Of a stretch of 64,000 nucleotides of DNA, positions 1-8,998 are shown piece after piece. The stretch spans positions 124,001 through 188,000 of the IMG/VR virus record IMGVR_UViG_3300020474_000001; one strand, written 5' to 3'. The translations under genes and the position numbers were made by a program. Under the pieces are notes generated by a model, which saw nothing but the letters and a program-made list of their open reading frames with translations, searched no databases and was not told the origin of the DNA. How positions within the stretch are numbered: the first letter of the stretch is position 1; each line of letters begins with the position of its first letter.

Positions 1-481
1 TACTGTGTCTCAGGTTTTCCTTGTAGTATTCATAAGGGACACCCACAGATAGACGATCTACATCTATACTACCATCTTTAGTAAAGTGGAAAAGATGTTC
101 CCATGTTGGAGATAAAAATCTTTTACTGTTAATTGGTTTTGCATGACCACTAGTCTTACCATTTACATGAATAGACTTGACCCAATTAATATGATTTTGC
201 AATATCCAATCCTGCCTAAGAGCAAGACCCACTTCCATGCCAATCCATGGATCAACATTAGAGTATCCCATATTGACAAATAAATGCCCATCATCTTTAA
301 GAACTCGTTTTCCTTCTCGGAAGATTTCTACCAACCAGTCAAGATACTCCTGACGTGGTTTATTGTCATCATACTTACCGTATTTAATTTTAAGATTATA
401 CGGAGGAGACGTAACGATAGCATCAATACTACTATCCTCCAGTTTTTTCATACCCTCTAAACAATCAAGCAAATAAAGCAT
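1..481 (-). CDS. DNA methyltransferase, beta-class N4-C/N6-A type (3' end runs off window)
   Basis: Manual translation from ATG at 481: MLYLLDCLEGMKKLEDSSIDAIVTSPPYNLKIKYGKY...W; the DC...IDAIVTSPPY catalytic motif IV is typical of beta-class amino-MTases. Not in ORF track because truncated. Confidence 0.85.
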   Translation of the reverse strand, partial: MLYLLDCLEGMKKLEDSSIDAIVTSPPYNLKIKYGKYDDNKPRQEYLDWLVEIFREGKRVLKDDGHLFVNMGYSNVDPWIGMEVGLALRQDWILQNHINWVKSIHVNGKTSGHAKPINSKRFLSPTWEHLFHFTKDGSIDVDRLSVGVPYEYYKENLRHS

Positions 482-902
482 CACGATCTTTGAATGGAAT
501 GGAACCTTTGACGTATTTGGTGAGATCAGATCCGCGTTTGAATACAACGCTAACCTTAGGAAATTCAACAACGTCACAAAAAATATAAATCATGCCAGTA
601 GCATGTTCCCAAAGTTTTTCTTCATCCACATATCGACCAGCACCTTGCATCACACTAGGAGAGAACTTAGAACCACCCTTAGTAAAACACTTAGCATCAA
701 ACAACTCTTTCATGTATTTGTAACGATGATCATACCCCCTACCATCTTCAAAGACAAGACCTTCAAACCACTCTTCAAGTTGCAATTCAAGAAACCTAGA
801 TGCACAGCGACCATCAGTGAACAATCTATTCACACGTTCTTGAGATAAAGTGCCAAAAGATGCAGGGCACTCAAAATCATATACTTTATTGAGTTGTAGC
901 AT
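465..902 (-). CDS. Small PD-(D/E)XK restriction-endonuclease-like protein
   Basis: Motif E..(RFLE)...GYD-x9-FDAK fits PD-(D/E)XK spacing; overlaps the MTase start by 17 nt. Confidence 0.5.
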   Translation of the reverse strand: MLQLNKVYDFECPASFGTLSQERVNRLFTDGRCASRFLELQLEEWFEGLVFEDGRGYDHRYKYMKELFDAKCFTKGGSKFSPSVMQGAGRYVDEEKLWEHATGMIYIFCDVVEFPKVSVVFKRGSDLTKYVKGSIPFKDRDALFA

Positions 903-925
903 AAATTAAATCTCTTTACAAATTT

Positions 926-964
926 ATTGTAGCAAAAAAAGACCTCCCAGTCAAGGGAGGTCTT
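926..964 (-). promoter_or_regulatory. Intrinsic terminator (downstream of regA) fused with a sigma70-type promoter
   Basis: Hairpin AAGACCTCCC-loop6-GGGAGGTCTT with a T-run on the minus strand; the same bases read TTGACT-17nt-TACAAT. Confidence 0.75.
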
Positions 965-1010
965 CGGGTTTCCGACATTCGTAGAGTCTGCACGAAAGAC
1001 TCAAAAATAT

Positions 1011-1442
1011 TTATACACTTTCTTCCTGAGGTTTGGTTTTTTTCCCAATATTATATTTCTGCTCAAGCACCCAATCTGGTTTGTCTTTATAAGCTAAAAC
1101 TTTAATCTGATTCAAAGGTGCAATGTCAGCGATTGCATCTTCACTTGATACTTGAACAAGACCCCAATCAGAAATAAGTTTAATGATTCTATTACGTCTT
1201 TGCACATCGTTAATAGTAAGGTTTGTATTCTTACCGTCAAGAGCAAACAACTCTTTAAAGTGAACGATAAAATACCTTCCCTGCTTATGAAGGATATGAC
1301 AAGATTGATATAACTTCTTTTCTTTTCTCGAAGCAACACCTATTCTCGTCAAGGTCTCTCTAACTTTCAAAAAGTCATCAGGTTCACTGAGAAAGATTTC
1401 AACCATCTTATCTTGTGACCAATCATATATTGGTTCAGTCAT
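1011..1442 (-). CDS. regA: Translational repressor RegA
   Basis: DFLKVRETLTRIGVASRKEKKLYQSCHILHKQGRYFIVHFKELFALDG signature. Confidence 0.97.
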   Translation of the reverse strand: MTEPIYDWSQDKMVEIFLSEPDDFLKVRETLTRIGVASRKEKKLYQSCHILHKQGRYFIVHFKELFALDGKNTNLTINDVQRRNRIIKLISDWGLVQVSSEDAIADIAPLNQIKVLAYKDKPDWVLEQKYNIGKKTKPQEESV

Positions 1443-1822
1443 TTCATTCCTCCAATTTCAAGTTTTTTCTTTATATAACTAAGTTGTTCTTTGGTGAGGA
1501 TCTTCAACGCTTGAAATGCTTTCTCATTACTATAACCATAGTATTCTTTTACACATTCTAAGTCTTGAATGGAATCCTTTCGGATCCAAGGAGAGAATCT
1601 CTTCCTTTTCCTCAAACTATTTAGATAAAAAGAATATTGCATATCTTTCTGTAAAAATGAATACTTATTCATTTCATTGGCAAACATGACACAATCAATG
1701 TGGCCAGACAAACAACGATTAACGATATATGGAGGGTAAGAGCTAATGTTTTCACTTAAGTCAGTTTTCGTAAAATTGATCGATTGTAACCAGTCTTTCA
1801 GTTCTGGATTTATTTGGTTCAT
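1439..1822 (-). CDS. g62: Clamp loader small subunit gp62
   Basis: ELKDWLQSIN..., YPPYIVNRCLS, RKRKRFSPW, KEYYGYSNEKA; start at 1822 preferred over 1876; position just upstream of regA. Confidence 0.92.
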   Translation of the reverse strand: MNQINPELKDWLQSINFTKTDLSENISSYPPYIVNRCLSGHIDCVMFANEMNKYSFLQKDMQYSFYLNSLRKRKRFSPWIRKDSIQDLECVKEYYGYSNEKAFQALKILTKEQLSYIKKKLEIGGMK

Positions 1823-2687
1823 AGTTAAAAAGTAGAAGTTCTTTACGTTCTTTTTGATCTCGCATATATTCTCCAACAGACCTCATTGTATATGTGAGGT
1901 CGAACTCTCCTGTTTTGTATCCTTTAAATCGTTCTTTAATAAGTTGAGACGAATTGTAAGAAATAAGTTGAGGACCAGCAGAGCTAGAGCAAGAGGAAGC
2001 AAAATCATCGTGGTTGAACCCGCTATGCATACCCCCTCGTTTCCCATATAAATTAGATCCAATTTCGTAGGGTGGGTCAAGGTAGGTAAAGGAGTCATTG
2101 TTGTCAATGAGTAGTTGTTCATAACTAAGATTGGTAATTTTCCAATTGACAATTAATTTTGAATATTCTCTAATTTTCTCAATTCCTCGCATTGAGAAGT
2201 TGGAGACACTTGCTTGTTTGCTGAACGAGGAGGACTCAGTGAGACCAGAAAAAGAGCACTTGTTAATAATGTAGAAAGCACAAGCGCGATGTATATTGGA
2301 TACGGTAAGGTCATTTACCAACTCCTTCGATTTCAAAAATAAACTCTTTGCTGGAATTTCATAACCATTTTCTTGTGGTCCATAAACTGGATCTGGATGA
2401 GAAGATTTCTGAGACCTTAGTTCCTCATAAAGATCATCTCCATTTTCTTTAAGAACTACCCAAAAATTATATAAAGGTTCATATAAATCATTTACCCATA
2501 CTTTTATGTCTGGGTATTTCTGAGTAACGTATATAGCTACACTTCCACCACCCAAAAAAGGTTCTCGATACTCATCATAGTCACTAAGATCCGGAAAGAA
2601 AGGATCCATTTTCTTACAAGCACGAGACTTCCCTCCAGGATAGCGGAGAGGAGTTTTCAAAGAACTTGTAGTCATATCAATCATCAA
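1761..2687 (-). CDS. dam: Dam-like N6-adenine DNA methyltransferase (D12 class)
   Basis: LRYPGGKSR, EPFLGGGSV (motif I), YLDPPY (motif IV). Confidence 0.9.
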   Translation of the reverse strand: MMIDMTTSSLKTPLRYPGGKSRACKKMDPFFPDLSDYDEYREPFLGGGSVAIYVTQKYPDIKVWVNDLYEPLYNFWVVLKENGDDLYEELRSQKSSHPDPVYGPQENGYEIPAKSLFLKSKELVNDLTVSNIHRACAFYIINKCSFSGLTESSSFSKQASVSNFSMRGIEKIREYSKLIVNWKITNLSYEQLLIDNNDSFTYLDPPYEIGSNLYGKRGGMHSGFNHDDFASSCSSSAGPQLISYNSSQLIKERFKGYKTGEFDLTYTMRSVGEYMRDQKERKELLLFNYEPNKSRTERLVTIDQFYEN

Positions 2688-3208
2688 ATAGAATTTATAA
2701 AAGATAAATCAAAATCATCAGATTCTGCAAAATAGTCTCTAGGTTCTTCTCTTCCTTCAATTAAATTGTAACCAGTAAGAAAGAAATCAGAAGGTTCGGG
2801 ATTAGCACTTGCAGTCATCACAGCACCAGTATCTTTAAAATTATAAAGTTGTGATGATGGAATGCAACACGCTTTCCCTTTTTTCACATCAGCAATAATG
2901 AAATAATCAGCAAGTTTGTCATCATGGTCTCCAGCAGAACGGCGATTTTTGACGATCAAAGACCTAACAGCAATTTGCGATTTATTCTTAAACTGCGTAA
3001 CCTTAGATTCATAAGTTGTCCCGTTTGGACCAATGAGATCAACTCCTGGAAGATTTACTCTAGTTAGCAGTCCATTACTGTAAACATCGAGTGCTTTCTC
3101 AACCAACTCCCCTGCTTTAGGATACCTGAGGTTGTTCTGAGTATAACCACCAATTGTTCTTAAAAGTTTAGAAAAACGATTAAGGTCAAAAGATTCAAAA
3201 TCAATCAT
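2684..3208 (-). CDS. PD-(D/E)XK nuclease-like protein
   Basis: GELVEKAL...PGVD-x8-YESK pattern; 4-nt overlap with dam. Confidence 0.5.
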   Translation of the reverse strand: MIDFESFDLNRFSKLLRTIGGYTQNNLRYPKAGELVEKALDVYSNGLLTRVNLPGVDLIGPNGTTYESKVTQFKNKSQIAVRSLIVKNRRSAGDHDDKLADYFIIADVKKGKACCIPSSQLYNFKDTGAVMTASANPEPSDFFLTGYNLIEGREEPRDYFAESDDFDLSFINSI

Positions 3209-3223
3209 AATAAAAAATAATAA

Positions 3224-3469
3224 TTAATGAAACTGAACAGCACATGTATTAGATGATTCTACTACTTTTGAAAGTTGAGAACCAATGTAGAATTGCCCCG
3301 CCACCACTGAGATTATTGCGATACCCCAGAAAACGTTGTGTTTTTTTAACTTATAATGTGACTCTTCTATTATACACTGTTTTTTCTTGATTGCATCCAG
3401 TTCCCTATGAATATCTCGATGATGAAATCTTAGAGACTTGTCAATCAATTTAGAAATACGATTTTTCAT
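3224..3469 (-). CDS. Hypothetical protein with one predicted TM helix
   Basis: ORF track; hydrophobic VFWGIAIISVVAGQFYIG; in-operon spacing. Confidence 0.6.
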   Translation of the reverse strand: MKNRISKLIDKSLRFHHRDIHRELDAIKKKQCIIEESHYKLKKHNVFWGIAIISVVAGQFYIGSQLSKVVESSNTCAVQFH

Positions 3470-3474
3470 AGTAG

Positions 3475-3648
3475 TTAATCAACTCTGTCAAATCCCTCGA
3501 TCATATTTACAGGGACACTGTATTTATCGGCAATACGATACCAATGAGTTCCTTCTCCTTCACCAATATACTTGATTTCAGTTTCAGGAATGTTATGCTC
3601 TCGCATTGCTGCTTGAATTTTTAGATGCATCAAGTCGTCTTTGTTCAT
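3475..3648 (-). CDS. Small hypothetical cyanophage protein
   Basis: MNKDDLMHLKIQAAMREHNIPE...; start at 3648 follows stop of preceding small ORF. Confidence 0.65.
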   Translation of the reverse strand: MNKDDLMHLKIQAAMREHNIPETEIKYIGEGEGTHWYRIADKYSVPVNMIEGFDRVD

Positions 3649-3649
3649 G

Positions 3650-3784
3650 TTAAAAAGTCCACCCTTTGAGAATTGAGACAATGTTTAAGTAAGCCCAGGC
3701 AGTAAATACCTGGGGGACTATGAAGGCAATCATAGCCACGATCCAGAACCAGTAGTAATAGTTTTCTTTGTTTTGTGTTCTCAT
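3650..3784 (-). CDS. 44-aa membrane peptide (not in ORF track)
   Basis: Manual translation MRTQNKENYYYWFWIVAMIAFIVPQVFTAWAYLNIVSILKGGLF; 4-nt overlap with the g44 stop. Confidence 0.6.
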   Translation of the reverse strand: MRTQNKENYYYWFWIVAMIAFIVPQVFTAWAYLNIVSILKGWTF

Positions 3785-4728
3785 TTGAATTCACACTCCA
3801 CCATAATTTCAGTTAAACAAGCAAGCATATTTATTTCTTGATCCGCCACGAACGCCATCTGATACTGATACTTAGCAATAATAAGGACAGCAGAAGGAAT
3901 GCTATTCGGAACCAAGGAAATATTAAGAGCATCGTAAATACGACGCAAAAGTAAATTAGTATCATTGTCCAGGTTATTGACAACCCACTTACGGCACTCA
4001 CCGTAATCCTTGTTTTTAAGTTTCTTAACCAGTTCATCTGCATTTACATCACTGAACGTTGCAAGAATTCCCGTATCAATCTTACCAGAAGAAGAGTATC
4101 GTTGACATTCGTTGAGGACTCTTCTCCAGTCGGGGAAGTGCTTGTTGATGAGTTCATAGATGACTTTTGTGTCATATTCGACTCGCTCTGCATTAAGTAT
4201 TTCTTGAATTCGTTTGGAGAAGGACACAGCGATTGCTGGTTTTTGTTTTCCGCCAATTCCGAATTCAACCACAGCGCAACGGGAATGAAGTGGTTCGATG
4301 ATTTTGTTTTTGAAGTTGCAGGTGAGGATGAACCTGCAGTTGCCAGAAAACTCCTCTGTAAACGCCCTAAGTAAGAGTTGTACGTCGTTTGTTGTGTTAT
4401 CCGCCTCATCGATGATGATGACTTTGTGTCGAGCATCTGACGAAAGCGATACAGTGGAAGCGAAATTTTTTGCAGTATTTCTGACCGTATCAAGGAAGCG
4501 TCCCTCATCGGATCCGTTAATGACATAATAATCTGCTCCTAATTCATGACATAGTGCTTTTGCTACTGTTGTTTTTCCACATCCAGCAGGTCCAGAAAGG
4601 AGAAGATTTGGTACTTCTCCTTTACTTAAGAATCCCCGAAAGGTTTTTTTGATATCCTCTGGAAGGATGCATTCTTCAATTGTTTTGGGACGATACTTCT
4701 CGACCCAAAGAAACTCATCACGACTCAT
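3781..4728 (-). CDS. g44: Clamp loader large subunit gp44
   Basis: FLWVEKYRP, Walker A GPAGCGKTT, IIIDEAD, SRC motif. Confidence 0.97.
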   Translation of the reverse strand: MSRDEFLWVEKYRPKTIEECILPEDIKKTFRGFLSKGEVPNLLLSGPAGCGKTTVAKALCHELGADYYVINGSDEGRFLDTVRNTAKNFASTVSLSSDARHKVIIIDEADNTTNDVQLLLRAFTEEFSGNCRFILTCNFKNKIIEPLHSRCAVVEFGIGGKQKPAIAVSFSKRIQEILNAERVEYDTKVIYELINKHFPDWRRVLNECQRYSSSGKIDTGILATFSDVNADELVKKLKNKDYGECRKWVVNNLDNDTNLLLRRIYDALNISLVPNSIPSAVLIIAKYQYQMAFVADQEINMLACLTEIMVECEFK

Positions 4729-4735
4729 AATTTAG

Positions 4736-5209
4736 TTACTCACCAATGTTGTGGATTACTGGTTTCTCATGAGCCAGTATATCATAAAGTTCGGAGTTTT
4801 GCCCAGAGGAGACCTCCGAGAACTCTTTTTCTGGATCAAACTCATCATCACGAATTGCTTGATTGATAACTATTGATCCATCCTCTCCTGAGACACTCCT
4901 ATGAAATGTTTGGGGAGGAATGATCAATGCACCACTCTGACGATTCAAGTGAACAATATGATATGGAAACTTCCAACTCAAATTTACAAGTTCAAATGTG
5001 CGAGTCCCAGATAAAACTCGATTGTGATCAGTTTGGTGATAATGAATATAAAATTGCTTTGCCCCAACAATATCATCTGGAGGAGAAATAGCAGGTCCCG
5101 TATGAACCACTAGATCAGACGCATTGGAATCTTCTACTGAAATATCATAGAAGATTACAGATTCAGTTTCTCGAAAGACACGATGTTTTTTAAATTGAAC
5201 GAAACTCAT
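4736..5209 (-). CDS. Cupin-fold (RmlC-like) hypothetical protein
   Basis: HYHQTDHNRVLSG and IPPQTFHRS resemble the two cupin metal-binding motifs. Confidence 0.6.
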   Translation of the reverse strand: MSFVQFKKHRVFRETESVIFYDISVEDSNASDLVVHTGPAISPPDDIVGAKQFYIHYHQTDHNRVLSGTRTFELVNLSWKFPYHIVHLNRQSGALIIPPQTFHRSVSGEDGSIVINQAIRDDEFDPEKEFSEVSSGQNSELYDILAHEKPVIHNIGE

Positions 5210-5751
5210 TATTCTACCCAATCAGGTTTACGACTAGGAATACGCCTGTAATTACTCTTTACCCACGCCTTAGAAGAAATATACATTTTATATGCAGTGA
5301 ACGTATCTATTGATTCGTCATTCTTAAACTCATCTGGCATTGCACGAACAAAGGATTGTGGACCTTTACCAGATCTACCAGCAGGATCTGGAACCGGAAA
5401 GATTTGATTTGCGTATGCAAGAGTATGCAGGCAAGAATGAACCTTTCCATACCGATTAGAGTATTCTTCACAGAGTGCAAGTCCATGACGAATGACCCAA
5501 CGCCAATTATGAACAAATGATCCAGTCCATACTGTACATGGATGGTTCCTGAATGCCCCCTTCTCGGTGCTGTAAGGTGTTCCATCTGCCTTAGGTAGGG
5601 AACCATACCCACGACCCCATTTTTCCGAAGCAACAACAGAAAGCATCTGACAGCACTCCAGAGGCATCTTGACAATATGCTTGTCAGGAAGAACATACGC
5701 AGACTTGATTGGACATGGGTCTGTGACAAAGATGTTCAAGGGTTTCTCCAT
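5209..5751 (-). CDS. Pyrimidine-dimer DNA glycosylase-like (DenV-related) protein
   Basis: NIFVTDPCP...DKHIVKMPLECCQMLS, NHPCTVW, EY..RYGKVH motifs. Confidence 0.7.
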   Translation of the reverse strand: MEKPLNIFVTDPCPIKSAYVLPDKHIVKMPLECCQMLSVVASEKWGRGYGSLPKADGTPYSTEKGAFRNHPCTVWTGSFVHNWRWVIRHGLALCEEYSNRYGKVHSCLHTLAYANQIFPVPDPAGRSGKGPQSFVRAMPDEFKNDESIDTFTAYKMYISSKAWVKSNYRRIPSRKPDWVE

Positions 5752-5999
5752 AAGATGGTTGAGTCTCCAAATGAATCAACTGATCCACTCTCTCTTGAGT
5801 ATACAACTGCAAGAGTGATCCAGCAAACAAGCCAAATGAAATTAAACATTAAATTCTGCTTCCACATGAATTTACGGAACGATACAAACTCCGGTTTCTG
5901 AATAGTAACTTCGAGGATTAGTGATAAAACAAATCCAAAAATAAGCGGAATAAAAAGTATATCTGAGAAACTCAGAAGAAACAATAAAAATTCTTTCAT
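5736..5999 (-). CDS. Hypothetical membrane protein
   Basis: Two hydrophobic stretches; overlapping operon arrangement. Confidence 0.6.
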   Translation of the reverse strand: MKEFLLFLLSFSDILFIPLIFGFVLSLILEVTIQKPEFVSFRKFMWKQNLMFNFIWLVCWITLAVVYSRESGSVDSFGDSTILWRNP

Positions 6000-6319
6000 A
6001 ATATTTCCTTAGGTATAAACCAATATGATACTGACTGCCATCTCTTTCCTAGCAAATATGCCTCATAAAAATCCTTTACATCTTTCCATGTGTTGCGATA
6101 ATTCTTAGGATATATCGTCAAACTCATCAAAGCAAAGATAATCACATGGAAGAAGTGACCTGCGGGATGGTGACCCAATTGAAAACCAAGCAATCTTGCT
6201 TCATCATTAACACTAAAACCCAAATCAAAGTGCTTATGCAAATGATCATGAAGTTCGGTGCTTTCACCAATTCCAGGTATCCAATTCTCTAAAAACTGGA
6301 CGTAAGGATCGGGTTCCAT
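5996..6319 (-). CDS. Hypothetical protein
   Basis: ORF track; overlapping neighbours in the same orientation. Confidence 0.6.
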   Translation of the reverse strand: MEPDPYVQFLENWIPGIGESTELHDHLHKHFDLGFSVNDEARLLGFQLGHHPAGHFFHVIIFALMSLTIYPKNYRNTWKDVKDFYEAYLLGKRWQSVSYWFIPKEIL

Positions 6320-6525
6320 AGTTTAGATACTCCGATTACAATAAGAAAACTGAGCATAATCACCATATCCCATATTTTAAATTTTACAAAGTATGGGATA
6401 CAAATGAGGTCAGCAATCAAGTGAATAATTGTTCCTGACATTACACTCACGTATACCATGGCGAAATGTGCAGAGACAATGAGGGAGCACCCAAGCACCC
6501 TCATGTATGTTAAGACTTTGTTCAT
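6289..6525 (-). CDS. Small hypothetical multi-pass membrane protein
   Basis: Hydrophobic throughout; 4-nt overlap with the g45 stop. Confidence 0.6.
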   Translation of the reverse strand: MNKVLTYMRVLGCSLIVSAHFAMVYVSVMSGTIIHLIADLICIPYFVKFKIWDMVIMLSFLIVIGVSKLWNPILTSSF

Positions 6526-7211
6526 CCAAAAGTAGAATCAGGTTCCATAGCAATATAATATGTCAGATCACTATTCTTTGCTGTGAATCTAGAGAGAAGT
6601 TTTTGTGAAACAACCACTTCATAAGTTCCAGGAAGAATCTTGATATTTTCAACTTTAAAGTTGAAACAAAATACCGAATCAGTTTCACCAACAACTACTG
6701 AATAATCGTTTGAGGTATCATTCTTCTTGTCACGAACAACAAGTTTAATAACTCCATTATCACCAATAGCAGATAAATCTGGAGTCTGATATACAGCTGA
6801 TGCTTTTAGCAACTTATCCAGTTGCTCGGTGCTTACCTCAAAACAGACATCTTCTGTAGGAAGAGAAATCTCTTTATCTGGAGGAGAGACAATCACATTT
6901 GGATCTGCAAAGAAATACTTTGAACGAGACTTCCCCTCTTTAATGACAACATAACTGTCATCTTCAAAGTTAAGTTCTGGATTTTGATACAAACTCAATC
7001 CATTCAAGAATTGATTCAAATCATAGACACCAAAGTCTTTTGGGAAATCTTCTCGAACAGTAACCTCAGCAAGAATATTCTTCATAATGCTGATTGTACG
7101 CAACTTGCTTCCTTCTTTAATCAAGATAGATTGATTAATAGAAGAAAAGTTCTTCAAAAGAGAGATTGTTTTTTCAGAGAGTTTCATGCGATCTAAAGTT
7201 TTCATTATCAA
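6522..7211 (-). CDS. g45: Sliding clamp gp45
   Basis: MKLSEKTISLLKNFSSINQSILIK, FGVYDLNQFL, ENIKILPG, YYIAMEPDS. Confidence 0.96.
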   Translation of the reverse strand: MIMKTLDRMKLSEKTISLLKNFSSINQSILIKEGSKLRTISIMKNILAEVTVREDFPKDFGVYDLNQFLNGLSLYQNPELNFEDDSYVVIKEGKSRSKYFFADPNVIVSPPDKEISLPTEDVCFEVSTEQLDKLLKASAVYQTPDLSAIGDNGVIKLVVRDKKNDTSNDYSVVVGETDSVFCFNFKVENIKILPGTYEVVVSQKLLSRFTAKNSDLTYYIAMEPDSTFG

Positions 7212-7858
7212 TAGGGGAAATCGGATTTGGTTACTTTGTAGTGGTTATCAAAATGCAATAGCAGCATAGCATAATGAATGACTTTCAACAAGTCTTTCTT
7301 ATTTTGACCATCTTTATCACCATATCGTGTCCCATACTTTATGATATTTGATTGGCAGAATGCAGATGCAAGTCCTTTAGCTGCCATCAAATCAATAGTT
7401 TGAATATCTTTAAATCCACTATTCTTTCCAGTGTAGTGACTACGATAGGTGCCACTAACATACTCATGAATGTCCTTTAGGATAACATCCTCATCATACT
7501 TCCAACGTCCATTATTGTTATCTGGAGATCGTGGAAGATCTGGGACATCGATCTGTAGATCATAACCTTCAAGTTTTGTGTAGTCCATATCTCCTGTTGA
7601 GGTGTAACCTTGCCAAAAATCACCATAATCTTTCTGAGTTGCTTCACTGATGTTAAAAGAAACAGAATCAGTTCCTTCAGCACCAATGATTCCATCAGCA
7701 GTCTTTTCATAAAGACGATTTAGGCGATCTGGATCATTACGATTGTAATCGTAATAATACGTAGAATGTTCAGTCATTTTGTTGTTTGAATAAAGTTCAT
7801 CATACAGGAAACTCCAGGAGTTTGTCATCATTCTACCATTAGAAGTTGTGCTCGTCAA
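7208..7858 (-). CDS. DUF3310-like phage protein (C-terminal domain)
   Basis: KYDEDVIL...HY...FCQSNIIKYGTRYGDKDG..KDLLKVIHYA; true start probably about 7832. Confidence 0.65.
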   Translation of the reverse strand: MTSTTSNGRMMTNSWSFLYDELYSNNKMTEHSTYYYDYNRNDPDRLNRLYEKTADGIIGAEGTDSVSFNISEATQKDYGDFWQGYTSTGDMDYTKLEGYDLQIDVPDLPRSPDNNNGRWKYDEDVILKDIHEYVSGTYRSHYTGKNSGFKDIQTIDLMAAKGLASAFCQSNIIKYGTRYGDKDGQNKKDLLKVIHYAMLLLHFDNHYKVTKSDFPY

Positions 7859-8930
7859 GACACTGCTCTTGATGATCCTCTTCAGTAGGCATCACAAAGT
7901 CAGCATCAACTTTGTCATAAAGTTCCATAAAAGCTTGCTTAGTATCATCATCAAAACGATTTACACAAACTTCAATTGCTTTTGCCTTATCACCGAAGAT
8001 ATTATATGCCTGAACGATATGAACCAGACGACGGGTGCTAATGATCTCCTCAATACCACCATCGTAGAAAGTCTTGCGGATGATATCTGCCCAGTCAGCT
8101 AGACGCTTACAGAAGTTCGTATCGCCACACAATTTATTGAGGATCTTGGTTTCAATTGCAGCACTTGGATACTCCTGCTCAAAGGTAACAGGAAACCTCT
8201 CCAGGAACGCTTCGTTGAGCACGTTAGTTCCAATAAACCGACCATCATCAGATCCCTTACCCTTTGTATTGGCAGTGGCAAATACATTAAACCCTTTTGA
8301 CGGATTAATGTACTGACCTACCTTCTTCAGGAAGACACCTTTCCCTTCGAGGATTGATTGAAGGCAAAGAATCTTGTTGGAAGCCAGGTCAATCTCGTCA
8401 AGCAGTAGAATCGCACCGCGTTGCAACGCTTCGATGACCGGACCATTGTGCCAAACGGTTTCGCCATTGACAAGGCGGAATCCACCAATGAGATCATCTT
8501 CATCAGTTTCAATAGTAATGTTTACTCGAATCAATTCACGACCCAGTTGAGCACACGCTTGCTCAACCGAGAACGTCTTGCCATTACCAGATAGACCCGT
8601 AATGAACGTTGGATAGAATAGACCGGAAGAAATAATTTTCTTAACATCATTGAAATTGCCAAACTTGATGAAGGAATCATTTTTATTAGGAATCAGGGTT
8701 TGCTTTTCGACTGAAGGAACATTATAACTCTCTTCGAGATCCTGAATTGTCTCAGAAGTTACTTCAAGATTCCACTTACCGCGACCGACCTTATACTCTT
8801 CAAGTTTCTTGGTCACAGTAGCGTAAGTGGTTCCGTTCATGGCACACCATGCGCGGAGATCTCCAGCAGTCACAGACTCACCATAAAGACTTTGAAGTGA
8901 AGTGCGAATGTAATCGGCAGAAAGTGCCAT
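7839..8930 (-). CDS. cobS: CobS-like (MoxR family) AAA+ ATPase
   Basis: Walker A GLSGNGKT, Walker B LLLDEID, ATANTKGKG, NEAFLERF. Confidence 0.9.
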   Translation of the reverse strand: MALSADYIRTSLQSLYGESVTAGDLRAWCAMNGTTYATVTKKLEEYKVGRGKWNLEVTSETIQDLEESYNVPSVEKQTLIPNKNDSFIKFGNFNDVKKIISSGLFYPTFITGLSGNGKTFSVEQACAQLGRELIRVNITIETDEDDLIGGFRLVNGETVWHNGPVIEALQRGAILLLDEIDLASNKILCLQSILEGKGVFLKKVGQYINPSKGFNVFATANTKGKGSDDGRFIGTNVLNEAFLERFPVTFEQEYPSAAIETKILNKLCGDTNFCKRLADWADIIRKTFYDGGIEEIISTRRLVHIVQAYNIFGDKAKAIEVCVNRFDDDTKQAFMELYDKVDADFVMPTEEDHQEQCLDEHNF

Positions 8931-8952
8931 TGCCTTTGTTTGAACTACAACT

Positions 8953-8998
8953 AGTATACATGAAAAAAGGGGACCGTGTGGTCCCCCAGTGGACAGTT
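8953..8998 (-). promoter_or_regulatory. Promoter/terminator cassette upstream of cobS
   Basis: Half-site AACTGTCCAC, perfect hairpin GGGGACC-N4-GGTCCCC plus T-run, then -10 TATACT. Confidence 0.65.
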
